Origin: Glaucostegus cemiculus
Lineage: Eukaryota
Direction of reading: 5' to 3'
Assembly: GCA_976551045.1 (NCBI GenBank)
Contig: CDPCPM010000052.1
Location: 4,154,001 to 4,218,000 of the forward strand
DNA: 64,000 nt
Within the stretch, counting starts at the first letter, position 1, and the number at the start of each line of letters is the position of its first letter. The notes under the pieces are model-generated. The model was not told where the DNA came from and did not search any database. It saw nothing but the letters and a program-made list of their open reading frames with translations. This document shows positions 1 to 13,383 of the stretch, piece after piece. A program made the translations under genes and the position numbers.

Positions 1-964
1 ACCAAAGCATCCCCCACCCGACCCCGCCCCCCCACCTCTCCATCTCACCTTATCTGCATATCCTTCTATTTCGTTCTGCCTCATGTTTATCTGACTTGGC
101 CTTAAATGGATCTTTGTAGTTTGCCAAATGTTTACATTAAGAGGGTAGTGTAACCCTGTGCCATTCACAAAATTACTTCAAGCATATCAACAAAACCACA
201 GGAAGCCCATCAATCTCTCTCCAGCCTATGCTCACAAATATCCAGCTGCATAACGAATCTTTGTTTAATGTTTGTTTGAAGCAATCACACTGCATGCCCA
301 GGAAAGCAAGAAAATACTTGGAAAGCCTCCAGTTTGACAGATCTTGTTCCATGAAAACATGAAAAAAAATGTCCAAGAAAGTAAAATGAACTCCATGAGT
401 GACCATAGTATTATTGAGCAAGCCAAACCTGCCATCTTGTGGCGATAGTGCTGCACTGCAATATTATTCCAGGAAAGCAACATTAAATATTCAAAAAACT
501 TTAAAATCGTATTCAAAGTGAAGTTTTTGTGGCTACCTGAATGAGCTGAAATGTAAGTATTTTAGTTTAAACTGATTGGGAATATTCAGTCAAATGATGA
601 TCAAATTTGTCAACCTTTATGTAGACAGACAATACAAGCCTGGTCTTTGATACAAGGAAATCCAGTTGGCTTCAGATGGATTATTTATGATCCATAAAGC
701 ATTGTGTATTTTGCTTTGGAATTCAGTGTTATTTTAAGAACAGCCCACAGGTGCTCAAATAGACTCTCGCAGAGTGATAGGGCAGGGCATTGTGTAAACT
801 CAGCTCTTGATCTCTATCAGTCTTTGATTTAGTAGGTGGCTATGTGGCCAAAACCAGCTGTCTCAACAGGAGGGGAGAAAACACAGACTGAACCACAGCT
901 GAGTTTTTACCTCACCGGTGTCAAGGGCAGTTTCCTGTTAAGCTGTTTGATACGCAGAGCAGAA

Positions 965-1100
965 ATCTCTGCTTGCTTAAAGAAATTGTTACAACTCCCA
1001 TTTCTAATGAAAGGTCACCAATCTGAAATGTCAACTGATCTGCACACTGTAGATGCTGCCTGACCTGTTGAGTGTTTCAAGCACTTCCTGCTTTTAATAT
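965..1100 (+). mobile_element. Penelope-like element 3' end fragment with degenerate hammerhead motif
   Basis: ctaatgaaaggtcaccaatctgaaatgtcaactg...gatgctgcctgacctgttgagtgtttcaagca; same terminus as the other copies in the window. Confidence 0.6.
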
Positions 1101-1351
1101 TAGACTAGGGAGCTCACAGGCTTAATCCCTGGCATGAATAAACAACACCTGTCTACTTCAGAAGGTAAAGAAAGGCCGGAGTCCACAATCTACATGAAAA
1201 TTCAATTTCAGTTGGATTTCAGTAACAGGTCACCATTGAGTGAAGAGATGGGACAGATTCTGACAGAAGAGCATGCATCTGTCCTGAATTCAGCAATGTT
1301 CCGGGGCTGAGAGGAGCCCGTAAAAGAATCACACCCACCATGGATTCCTTA

Positions 1352-1600
1352 ATAAAAACTGTAAATGCTGGAAATACTCAGGTCAGACAGCAACTGTGGA
1401 GAAAAAGTTAACATTTCACACTGATGTTTCATCAGAACTTACCAGTTCAGGTACAGATGGAAAAGGCTTGCTCTCTGAAATGTTTGAATCCAATGCAGAG
1501 TCCTGAGGGTGGTAGATTGTCTCTAGCTGATGTTATGGAGGTGAAGAACAGGGTGTTACAGAAGGAACTGTCCCTTCAGGATGCTGAATATGAATGCTAC
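1352..1600 (-). mobile_element. Penelope-like element 3' fragment
   Basis: aaatgctggaaatactcaggtcagacagcaactgtgga terminus; minus-strand CTGATGA...GAAA hammerhead core at 1405-1440. Confidence 0.62.
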
Positions 1601-1980
1601 AAGGTGCTGCCTCAAGAAGGCAACATCTATAATGAAAGATCCCCACCATCTGGGCCATGCCACCTTCTTGCAGCTACCATCAGGCAGAAGGTACAGAAGC
1701 CTTAAGCCCCACACCACCAGGTTCAAGAACAGCTATGCTACTTAAACCATTTGGGTTTTGAACCAACCCACACAACCCAAGTCACTACCTCGATAATAGC
1801 AAGACCATGACCACTTTGATCACTTTGCACTTTTGGACTTTTTAGTTCTAAATTGTGTTCTTTTTTGTAAAAATTATGTTCAATTTATGTTTTTCCTGTG
1901 AATGCTGCTTATCTGATGCCATGTGCTTGTGATGCTGCTGTAAGTAAATGTTTCATTGCACTCGTGCACACATGTACTCG
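1600..1980 (+). mobile_element. Rex1/Babar-type LINE 3' fragment
   Basis: Decayed KDPHHLGHATFLQLPSGRRYRSLKPHTTRFKNSY C-terminal motif followed by a 3' UTR. Confidence 0.75.
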
Positions 1981-2169
1981 ACTGAAGAGGAGGGGAGTGG
2001 AAGACTTGGTGACACTGCAATGAAGCTAATGGAAATGGAGGTTGAATGCAAAGGCTGGTGGGGTAGGTGGTAAGGACAAGAGGTTTCCAGGTTTAGTTTC
2101 CCCACTTAGCTCAGCACGGGGACTAACTGCAACACCTCACAGGACAAGACCAGTATTAACAGTAAAAGT

Positions 2170-5100
2170 AGAATCTCAACTGAAACAGTTTATTGGGACC
2201 TTTGAGCAGCCAGTTTAGTTGATAGGTTTTAAGTAATTTTGTGAAAAGCATGGGGTTACATTATCCTCATGGTATTTCTATACTTTGAACACTTGTGCAC
2301 AAAATGTCTAAGTCCAGGTAAAGGAAAATAACCATAGCTTTAAAAAACAATAAATAGACCTGAAATTGTCCCAGATCAAATTTAAAAAAAAGCAGTAAAT
2401 CCAACTGCATTTCCTGACCTTGAACACTAAAAAGTGGTAGGCAAGAGCACCAACAAACAGTCATCCATTCAGCTCTTTAATCCCTTTCTTCAAAAATCCC
2501 ATGACTCCAGTTAGCACCTCTTCAGAGGAGCACAGGATCGTATGGGAGGGCTGCAAAAAAGGTAAAAGCAGAATTCCCTATGGTTGTACCATTAAGCATG
2601 GACCAAATTTCTTCTCTGTTGTCCAATTGCATCTACAAACTAAATTTGTTCCATGGATTTAGACTGTACACCACTGCATTACTGCTCCTAATGTTGCTGT
2701 TAAATTTGCATGCAAAATACTGTTGAAATTCATACCCATCTTACAGGTTTACACACAACCTGAAGTTCAATCTTAAGGAATTCCATCTGCAATTAAAGCC
2801 AATGTGCATCAATTTTAGTCAGCTTGCACTGCACAGTACACACATACCTGTGAAGTTAATGTGCCGTACAATTTGAAGACCACTCATATTGCATACAGAG
2901 AGAATTAACACTGAAATCAATTCTTCAGAATGGCAAGAACCAAATTCACCAGCAGACACAAACAATGGGATAAACTGCTCCCTTTAATTAGCATTATGGA
3001 TTGATATATTACATTAATCTCCTTAAAGACAGTATACATTTTTCCTGTGTGCAAGATTGTGCAAGCTCATTAACTTAAGCTTCGTAAAATCTCTAACAGT
3101 TTCAAAGAGGCAGTAATACAGGTGATGCAGTTAACAAACAAAACACAGTATTTAGTTAGCATAGGTTAACTTCTCAATATAACAGTCCCTTCTAAGTTCC
3201 TAGCTGCTAACTGCAGAAAATTGTCCATTCCCAATGTTTCAGAACATTAATGATATGATGATTTGTTTGGTCCTCACTTATGTATCTTCTGGGTCTATAC
3301 GCTTGTCGGTAAAAGATTGTGTTTGATTAAAGCAGTTGCAATTTTTTTTTCTTTTTCAAATAATTTACGTTATATGCAAGTGGTAGCTTCCATACATTTC
3401 AAAATCTCCATGGATACAATTACTGACTCATGTACAAGTTGTCTAAGCAAATGATGTGAAAGGCTTCAAATCTTTAAGACTGTACTTCAAAATTTAAAAC
3501 ACAAAAGGTAACTTAGAATGAACCCACAGAGAAAGCACATTAAAAATAAATAGTTGACAATTCAGTTTTCATAATGTTTAATTGTAAAATAAATAAATTC
3601 CAATCCCTAAACACCAATGCTTATACTTAAATTTCTTTCCTCAAAGTTTCTTTACAGTGAGGAAAACAAAAACATATTAATGTCTTAAAATTATTTCAAA
3701 GTGCAACTGCGAAACATTGTTGTTTCAGCCAATTACTCTTTAGTGGAAGCAAGCACCCATTCAACTGCACCTTCCCCCTATACCCATTAAGAACCCAGCA
3801 TGACAATACATAATCCATGCACTACCCTGCAGTGTACCCCAATGATGCTGAGACTGTGGTCTGCAACACCAGGGAAATGGAACACTTACGAAGCCAAAAG
3901 GAGCTTGTTTTTGAGAAAAGCTATTCCCTTCTGCATCCCAGTTTCTCCAATTAACTGATCTGTAAAGCATTTAGGTACTGCTAGCAATTTTGCTCAGGTT
4001 ATCAATTCAGACACCTCATGCCTACATATAATACAACTGCATTAATACTCCACAGCTGGAAGTATACATAAATTACTTTTTCCGGTTTTCTAACACCATC
4101 AGGCTGAGTTCTGCATCAGTGTCAGGAATTCAGATTCCCAGATGTGTAACCCAAGATTAGAAATATTCAGAAATGCCATTTGATCGTGTAGCCTTCTATT
4201 AGTGTTAACTAGTACATTATAGCTAGACACTTAACACGCAAATTTAATTACACCAAATAAAGTTAAGATAGAACTTGTTTTTGGTAAGTCATTTCAACTC
4301 AACTTGAACAGCGATTACCTGTCTGTAGGGTTGGCTGAAAGTTTTTCTTGCGTTAAGCAGAGAGAAATGAACAACTCATGGCTATGATCAGGTGAATAGA
4401 CTTTGTTTTATTTTTTCTTAAATCACTCAGGTATATGGCTTTAATACTGTTGACTATATCCAGCATCAAATCTTCCGACATGTCAACCGGTTAACTAAAG
4501 TGTGCAGATGCACATTAAGATTCATTCCAGGAATTTCTTTTTATTGCAAAAGATTTAAAAAAAAAATTGTAGGAGCTAGCTAAGATTTTGTCACACGGAT
4601 CCTAGTTGTGTTGCTAGGAAGCATTCCATTTCTTCAAGACTATGATACTGAATATTCAGGATAGAGTTTGAAATATAATAAAGATCCTTTACTCCAGACT
4701 GACCCACTAAAGTATCTATTCCCACATCGAATATACATACAGTTAGAACATGTATAGATTTTGCAATCCCCCCCACCAATTCAGATAATTAACAATTAAA
4801 TGTGGTGGAGTCCAACATTTTCAGTCTAAGAAAAAAGTGAGTTGTAAGGGTTGGAGGGAAAGTACTTACTTTTCAGGTCTTTCCTCCTTGGGAACAGATA
4901 TGTTGAGGTATGAAACAGCCTATCCCTATGGAATTCACCATTCCAAATCCTTGACCCAGACTGAAATGGTATCATTGCAGATGTGCTAGGAACAAGTCTC
5001 AAGTGAGGACAGGTACCCAAGATTAGGAAGGATGCCATTCTATAATTCACAACAGCCGGCAATGGACAGACTCACATAAGCATCCAAGGTCTTTGCTGGC

Positions 5101-6933
5101 CTGTGGACCTGATATGATGGCAGGTTTATATTAGGCTGGTTTTGGATCAGCACAATGGAGACCATCTTCTCTTAAGTTACTTTATTTTCTAAAAATATGC
5201 AAAATCAGATGAACTTACATTAATATTACTATTCATCCACCCATTGAGTAATGATCCCTTTTTTATATATATATATAAGAAATAAAACAACAAATCAGTC
5301 TTAATTTATCGGAGCTGCCATTATTTAATCCTACCACGTGAGCCATTTATAATGCAACCTAAAATGCAATAACTTAAATTCTTACCATACCTTGCCATTT
5401 TATATATCCTAACAATCAACATCTGACTCACTGCAGTTTTGAAGTTTGATCTGGAAATTGTTCTGGACAAGCCAAGTCCCAATGCCTTCTGACTCTATTT
5501 ATTAAAACAAGCTTTGTAAAGGTGCAGCAAGCTCAAGTCATGTATGGCTGTCCATTCATGTTGGCCGTTAAATGTTAACTCTCACTGTCGACAAAGGCAC
5601 TGCTGTCAACTGGAAGTCTCAGCTGCTGTAAGGGATTGAAGTGATTTTTGCTGGTCTTCCACTCAAATTTTTATCTCTCAGCCATGGCAGTTATGGTTGC
5701 AAATTTCCTCGTGTACTCCATGAGAATGAAGAGGTGTGCTTCTGCGAGGCATGAATGGTCCTTGCACCCCAGTCGATTACACAGAGGGGAAAAAAACCTT
5801 CATGAGGATAAAGGGAGTTCAAATAGCAGTCAAGGTTGAGATTTAATTGCAGGTGAGAGTTCAACATTTCATTGCTCCTTTTACTACATACCTTGCCAAA
5901 TTTGGACTGTGGGAGAGCAGCCTCTGTATTCCCTGACTAAAACTGGATCCCTTATTCAGAGGCCAGAGTCTCAGTCATTTTTGTCTCTGGATCTACGATT
6001 TGCCACACAATAAGGAAACTAGTTTAAGAACTGGAAATACTGAGAACCAGCACTTAGATTTTGCTCTTCCTCAAACTGTGAAACAGACAACCTTGTAAAA
6101 TTATCTCCAAAAAAGCATCTTTATATGAATTAGGTTTATAAAGACCCCAGCAACAAAACAGTAGAGTCCTATGCTGCTTTACTAACAGGTTGGTTAAATG
6201 TTAACACTTAAAACAGATGCCAATAAAGGTTACAATGTCAGGTATATCAGCTTGCTTAAAGAAAAGCCCAGACTTTGGAAATAATTTATCGGAAGGCCCA
6301 AAAACATTTTGAAGCAACGCAAAAAGGTGACTTCTTCAGATAAAATGATAGACCTGTTGGTTCTTTACCTCTAGTTCAGGCATGTTGCATTTCTGCAGTG
6401 TAATACTTCCAAGGAAACTTAATTTGTTCAGTCAAATGCAAGGTTCCCTGAAAGTTTGGACTGGATACTCTAGGAAAAGAACCACCTCCTCATGAAAAGA
6501 AAACATTAAGCCACAAGTTGCTGATTTGCTGATTCTTTTATAAAATTGTTGTGGGGTTGGGGTGGGCATGGTAAATGAAATGAAATCAAATCAACACTTG
6601 TTTAAGGCCTCAGTTGAGAATTCATGCAGACCAGAATAACAGAAGGGAAAGGGTGTCATTTGCTTACAGTACAGTTTCAAATTCCGAAATACCTGAAAAA
6701 GTGTGGTCCCTTTTCGCATTGCTGACAGTAATATAAAGACCTGTTAGTAAATCTGATTGTTAATTTTGGTAAAGATCCACTGAATCTAGTTGTTCTTTTT
6801 TCATTTAAATGTCTCCACACTATGTACATGTATTATACAAGAGGAGATTCAGTCTTCAGCTCCCCTCCCACAAACAGTTGGTGCAAATCTTTTCACTTTT
6901 CCTAACAGTCTGTCATGCAGGTGGTGTTCTGCA
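2170..6933 (-). other. GAPVD1: Probable long GAPVD1 3' UTR (about 4.7 kb)
   Basis: Follows the stop codon, AT-rich, no recognisable interspersed repeats unlike the introns; several minus-strand AATAAA hexamers. The distal end is inferred. Confidence 0.55.
2189..2194 (-). terminator. Candidate distal polyadenylation signal AATAAA
   Basis: tttatt on + strand; downstream on the minus strand is U/GU-rich sequence (ctgtttcagttgagattctacttttactgtt); repeats resume about 200 nt further on. Confidence 0.5.
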
Positions 6934-7074
6934 TCACTTGCGATCATCAATGGTTTTAATGAATTCAACTGCTGCTGTGAACTGCATCCACCAATAGGAT
7001 TCCTCTCCACTGAGCCGGCTGGCATAGAAATTATTGATGTACTGAACAGTGGACAGCAGGCAGGGTGGGTTAGC
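6934..7074 (-). CDS. GAPVD1: GAPVD1 last coding exon (141 nt including TGA): ANPPCLLSTVQYINNFYASRLSGEESYWWMQFTAAVEFIKTIDDRK*
   Basis: ctttag|GCT; stop TGA at 6936-6934; VPS9 C-terminal GEExYWWxQF motif. Confidence 0.98.
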   Translation of the reverse strand, partial: ANPPCLLSTVQYINNFYASRLSGEESYWWMQFTAAVEFIKTIDDRK

Positions 7075-7851
7075 CTAAAGGTATAAAAGAGATGAATTAA
7101 AAGCGTAGAAAATCAGGAGGGAGAAAGAATCAGACAATATTACTTTTCATTCAAAAGCAATGTCTTAATTTATGCTTCATGGGAAATTCATATAAAATGT
7201 TAGGTATTCGAGAGGCATTCAGAATGGTTCAATTAGATTAAAGGTGTTTTATATCACCTCCACTACATCATCTCTCAGACATGTTGCATTGTCTGGCCTT
7301 GCCAATTAGCCTGAAGAAGCCATCATTAGTGCTGCAGAATCCTGCAGGAATTAATGACAATGAATTTTCTTCCAAATACATTAAAACAACAATCTTACTG
7401 ACAAGCAAGTGATATTCTTAGCTCAAAGAACAAATTTGCATAATATTAAGTGGCTATCTTTTGCACAGAGAAAGCATCATTACCAATACAGTCCAAAAGT
7501 GGTCAAAATGTTCAAGGTTCTAAGATTTCACACATTAAATACCCCAGTGATTACAGGGTTAGACAAAATTTCACAGGACTGCCATCTACTGTTCATCGAA
7601 AACAAACCATCAACAGATCAAGGGACAAGCTAAATAAGACTGAAATTCGCTGCATCCAACTAGCTGAAAATAATTTTAAATGCATAAAATGCAAGGCAAT
7701 TTAGTTTTCAGGGCAAGAGCAATTTTCAATTGGTTAGCAGAAGGGTGCATTCCTCTGCTCGTGTGCAGAGCTGAAAATACCAGTGGCATTTTGGAATGGC
7801 TGCATTATAAGTGCACTCCTGCAAAAAATTGATATTCATCTGATGGCTCAC

Positions 7852-8049
7852 CTTGATGAGGACGAACACAAGAACAGGAACAAAGTCATCTGCCCCAGGG
7901 ACTGAGTCCTCATTGGCCAGGCTTAACAGATTCATTATGGTGGAGCACATTCGCAGGATACACTGAACCTTATCTCTTGGGGTCTTGTACGCATTGATTG
8001 TTCGAACCTCTGACTGTGCAGATGGCCACGGAGCCTCTTTCAAATACAC
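7852..8049 (-). CDS. GAPVD1: GAPVD1 exon (198 nt, 0/0), VPS9 catalytic core: VYLKEAPWPSAQSEVRTINAYKTPRDKVQCILRMCSTIMNLLSLANEDSVPGADDFVPVLVFVLIK
   Basis: ttttcag|GTG, AAG|gtgagc; contains the VPS9 signature GADDFVP. Confidence 0.98.
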
Positions 8050-10271
8050 CTGAAAAGATACAGAAAGTGTATGATGTACACAATATCACATTCTCAACAC
8101 TACTATTACATTTCTTAGTATTACAAATTAATTTCTATTTTATGTAGGCGGCATCTCAGAAGCAGGCAATATTAACAAAAAGGATTAAAACTACTGTGAC
8201 CTAATTAACAGAAATATTTGTGCAGTGCAGAGAAAATTTTAAAACGTGGCTGCCCTCGTGTATTTGCCTGTAACAAAAATACCTCAACAGACGTCACAGC
8301 GTAGGCGTCCAAGCAGCTCCAGAGTGGTGACCTCCATTGAGTGCACAAAAGAATTTCAAAACATCAGACCACATTGGACAAATTTCACTAGTTCTTTGAG
8401 CTGGACCACTGGGCAGTAGATTCCATTTTGGAGGCAGACAGATCTGACAGGAATAGCCTCCTCTATAGGCATAGACTATCTCAGTGAATTAATAGCACGC
8501 AATAATGGACCTAGATACTGGATCGTACATCTGAAAGGTGAGACAGCAGTGCAGGTTTGGATTGAAGTGGAGAAGATAGCAAGAGCAGGAGGGGGAAGAA
8601 AAGCCGTGAAGATTCTATACTAGATATTCATTTTCTTTTATTTGTTGATTCTGAATGGCGACTTGCATTTGCTAAACTGTATGTGGAATTACACTCATTT
8701 AAGACTGGATATCTTCAGGCAAGGGAGAAAGTGTAGAAAACGGGAAAAACTGAACAGCAATACTGAAAAGTGGTAAACAGCTAGGACTAGAACAACTACC
8801 CAGTTATTAAGTCAATTTGGCTCAAACATTACAGAGTAAAATGAAACTACCTCGATGTGGGTTTAGCTCTAAAATCTTCCCCATTAATGTTTTGGCATCT
8901 GTCTTGGAGAGGAAAGGGAAGAGAAATCAGAGGGCTAGATTCAAATCATACTCACCCTGGATCTCTCTCTCTCATTTACTTTCTGGCACTGATAACTATG
9001 CAACTGCTGGAGATGGGAAGAGGTAATCTGCAGAGCCAAGAATCGCGCGATTAAGGGGAAGTGAAAAGAAAAATGATTTTGGACTCAGAGGAAAACTTCT
9101 TCAAATGCAGAGCTAACAGCACACTTGTGTAAAAATGTGCTTTGAAGCTTATATGTTGGGAAAGACTTGTGACGAATTCCTGATGCCACAAATATTCCAT
9201 CTGACTGGTTTGAAGAGGCATGAGGGATTAAGTAAAAGAACTGGTGATTAATCAGGTAAAGTATAAAAATACCACTTGGACTTTGCTTTCAAATATTCAA
9301 TTTTCCCCAAAGTTCATTAGGTTGACCTTTAGACTTGGTCACCAGCAAATAACACAACTCCTAAGCAGGGTAGCCAGAGATGGAGGTGAATCTTGCTGTT
9401 TATGGCCAGTGGTGTTGAAGGTAACCACAGGTGCTCATCCATTTGGACAGGGGTCCTGGACCTATATGAATGTGTCACAGCCGTCACTAGACTTCATGTG
9501 GAATCTAGTGGGGGATCCCTTTCTTCTTGGGATTCCCACATTACAATGGTAAGCTCAGAGACTCCGTTCATTTCAATGGGGTTTCTTGCCTGCAGAATGC
9601 AGAAGGCAAATGATATTTTAAAATTATACTTTAGTTATGATTTAAGTGTTTCATGAATTTTTAATTGTTTTTATTTACACAACTTTAATGGATTCTAAGC
9701 ATCTGAATGTCAGAGACAAACCATCAAGAAGCCTCAGCTTCAACAGAATCCAAAGCTTCATCCCCCATTTTACCTCCTGGTACAGCCTGTCGGGATTTTC
9801 TGGAAAGTGGGGCCTAATCTGTACACCACCTCAAGTCTTGTTGGTGTGGAGACCATATCGTCTGACTCTAGGATGGGAAGGTCAGTGAGTCCAGCCCTCT
9901 GCATCATAATCAGGTGAGCATGGGTGGGAAGGAATCAATAGTGAAGGGATGGATCCAGTGAGTGGTCAATACTTGCATGCCAATTTTCACATCAAATTTA
10001 TGCTTCATTTATAATTTTCAATTCTCTGTATCAACTACTCAACGATAAGCAAGGGAGATGCACGGAATGATCTTTACCATACCAAATCCAACCCCTCCAG
10101 CTGTTCCCAATCAGATTATACCTTTCTGTGCTGCAGGGAGATAAGGTGCAAATACCCTATTCCGTTGGGCAACATGTTGAGGTTCTACCTAACTCTAGTT
10201 ATGTGAAAATATTAAATCCTCAATGTCTCTGTACATAACTGTCTCTCACTGCAAATGAAACTAAAACCTAA

Positions 10272-11130
10272 CAAACATAGGAATGAGGAGCAGAAGGCTA
10301 CCGAATTCCCCAAACCTGTTCTGTTAGGAATGTGACCTCATGTATCCATGGGAACCTTTACCTCCTTGCTCATCAGGTATCCTATTCGTCCCTGCCTTAA
10401 AAATATTCAGGTTCTATTGGCCTTTGTCAGTCTCAGTGAAAAAGTCACCTCTTCTCAGACTACTTTTGTCTTCAATTTTCCTGGCAATAAATGATAACAC
10501 TGAGATCCCTCTGCATCTCAGAGCTCTGCAGTCACTCATCATATTATTTACCAGACTCATTTGTTCACGTTTCCTGCAGCCTCCTAGTGTCCTCTTTGCA
10601 ACTTTCTTTCCTACTTATCTTTGTGTCACCTGCAAATTTACAACCAGCAGCTTCATCCAGATCATTTATACAAGTGATGGACTCTTGACCTCACAAACTA
10701 CCTCATCATGGCCTTGCACCCTATTGTCTGCCTGCACTGCACTCTCTCTGTAATGGTAACACTTTATTCTGCATTGTTATTGTTTTCCCTAGTACTACCT
10801 CAATGCACTGTTGTAATGAAATGATCTGTAAGGATGACATGCAAAACAGTTTTTCACTGTACCTTGGTACATGCGATAATAAACCAACTGACCAAGTTGT
10901 AAAAAGTTGGGGCCACAGCACCAATCCCTGTGGCACATCACTTATTACATCTTCCCAACCCAGAAAAAAGACCCAGTTAAGCCTACTCTCTATTGCCAGT
11001 TAGCCAGCCAGTCTTCTATCCATTGTAATACATTATCTCCTAAGCAACAAGCTTCCATTTTCTGCAGTAACCTATGAACTGACACCTTATCAAAAGCATT
11101 CTTGAAATCTAAGTATAGTACATCCACAAA
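10272..11130 (-). mobile_element. Old CR1-type LINE fragment interrupted by an insertion at 10676-10892
   Basis: Reverse-strand RT remnants (ccccagcacc-like aatccctgtggcacatca; caccttatcaaaagcattcttgaaatctaagta = YLDFKNAFDKV). Confidence 0.7.
10676..10892 (+). mobile_element. Short retroposon (Rex1-type 3' tail) nested in CR1
   Basis: Ends ...tttcactgtaccttggtacatgcgataataaaccaac; flanked by a CAAGT direct repeat (10671-10675 and 10893-10897) consistent with a target-site duplication. Confidence 0.65.
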
Positions 11131-11164
11131 GAACTGCAGTAGTTACAATTAATTATATAAAAAA

Positions 11165-12000
11165 CTCTCAGATACTGGAAATCTGAAATAAAAACAGAAA
11201 ATTCTGGGAACATTCAGTAGGGCAGGCAGCATCTATGGAAAAGAAAATGTTTCAGGTTGAAGACCCATCAAAAGAAAACAAGTTCGTTTTCAGTTGCAGA
11301 GAAGGTGGGGATATGGTCAGACAGGTCAGTGGGAATCTCTCTGATTGGGGCAAGATCACAGTTGCCATTGGAATAAGCTATAAAAGTTATTCAGTCAATG
11401 GATTAATGAGCGCAGTTAGAGAGAAAATTAATAGAAACTATGACACAAGAGCCATTAGAGACTGAGAAGGCAAATAAAGCAACGTAAAAAGTGCAAAATG
11501 TAGATCATGTCCAGCCAAGTCATGCTGCACTAATGGAGAAAGAAAAACTGAGCCAATATCACAGACAGATGACTTAGAGCAGAGACAGCCAGTTCTGATA
11601 CAGAGAGTGGGTTACCTGAAGATCTAGAGTTCAATACAGAATCTAAAAGGCTGCAACATGCTCAGATGGAAAATTTTGTTGGGCCTTAGTGTAGCAATGG
11701 GTGGCTAAGTCAGATATGTCAGAGTGGGATGGAGAATTAAAGTGGCAGACAATGGGGAGTGCCAAATTCACTCCTGAGGATTCTGCAAGCCACGATCACA
11801 TTGTGAAGACCAAAATGGAGTAGACTTGAATCGCTGCTTCATCGGAAAGACAGTTTGGGTCCACGGATGGGAAGAATGGAAGTAATAAAAGGATAGATGT
11901 TGATTCTCTTGTGTTCCCTGACAAAGTGCCATAAAAAGGGAGTGGTTGGTGGGGACAGAAGAGCAGATCAGGGAGTCACAAAGACTTATAATCTCTTCAA
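11165..12000 (-). mobile_element. Penelope-like element fragment with decayed GIY-YIG-region coding relic
   Basis: Terminal agatactggaaatctgaaataaaaacagaaa...; minus-strand relics resembling GPKxxFxVKQRF and IFHLSMLQP of PLE endonuclease C-termini. Confidence 0.65.
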
Positions 12001-12059
12001 ACTGCTGCAACAGCAGAGGACAGAAAGAGGAGTGTGGTGGAGGAATCTTACATTCCTAT

Positions 12060-12295
12060 GTACTCTCAAATTGTCTGCACTTCATAGTTTCTAAATGCCT
12101 CTGTTAACCCATCCCCATGGTAAACCTAACATTGTCCTATCACAGAAATTCCCTTTGTCCTACTTTCTCTGCTACTAAAACTAACTTGATTTCTCTTTCC
12201 CAGTTTAGAAGAGTTTTCTAACCTGAAACATTACCCTTTCCACTGTCACTGCCTGACTTGCTGAATGTTTCTAGCTATTTTTGTTCTTAATTCAA
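12060..12295 (+). mobile_element. Penelope-like element 3' end, inverted relative to 11165-12000
   Basis: ctctttcccagtttagaagagttttctaacctgaaacatta...gcctgacttgctgaatgtttctagc. Confidence 0.55.
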
Positions 12296-12372
12296 TACCT
12301 ACAAATTCCATTCCCAAAATTCTTCTGCACAGTTTTGCCAAATGATGATACTAAATCTACTTAAGTTATTAC

Positions 12373-12445
12373 CTCTGGAATTTGAAGTGCCCGATGATTT
12401 GCACTGACGACTTTACAGAGACGCTGAATGTGCTCATAGAAGAGC
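12373..12445 (-). CDS. GAPVD1: GAPVD1 exon (73 nt, 2/0): LFYEHIQRLCKVVSANHRALQIPE
   Basis: ccttcag|G, GAG|gtaata. Confidence 0.96.
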
Positions 12446-13383
12446 CTGAAGGAAATAAATCACAGCGATGAAAGGTTAAGAGTAACAAAAATGTAACTTA
12501 AATTTTAAATTAAATTTGTTGAAACAACACCTAGCATTTATAGCACACCTTTAAGAAAATTATCTTATGTTATGCTTTAGGAATGAAGACAGGAAAAAAA
12601 AGCAGAATTATTTGTTTAAAGAGTCTGCTGTTTTTATCCAAATCTTGTACTGTGCCTGATAGACTATAACTGAAATAATTCAGACTTTACAGTGTGGATT
12701 CATCATAAAATGAATTAGACGAACCCATCAGTCACAGTATTATACATCTCTAATTTCATAAAGGTTGCAAAAAACAAAACCAATACATATTATAAATACC
12801 ACAAGAGAATATTTATGGCCTTTTTAGTTTAAAATGTTTTGAACATGACCATCTTCCAAAATCTGGTAGTTTGTATATCAGGTGTACAAAATTCTGATTA
12901 ATTCAACTTCTTGACAGTCTTGGTAAAAACTTGCATTTATTTAGCACTTGATCATGGACACCTTAAAGCACTTCACAAAATAAATTGCTTTGAAATACAA
13001 ACAGTTTCACACATATGCATAACAATATGCATTCATAATGTTGTTTGCTTTTCAAAATAGAGATTCCAAGATATCTGTGACATCATTTCTTCAGTCATTA
13101 TTGCAAAGGTCTCAAGTTCTTTTCAAAGATTGAAGTAGTAAGATATCAACAACTACACTGTTTATGAATCAAGATCAGTTCTTTGAACAGCATTACCAAT
13201 GAACATTTTTAAAGGTCCCTTTCATTCTGTATTCAGTGGTTTTATTAATGCCCTAATTACAGAAAGAAAACAAAATGAAGTGTTTTTGTTGGGCTCAATG
13301 TTATTGGCTCAATGTTAGGGAAGCACAATGAATACTTTGTTATAAGTATTATTTTCAAAGTTGTGCACTTTATTGTTACTTAC

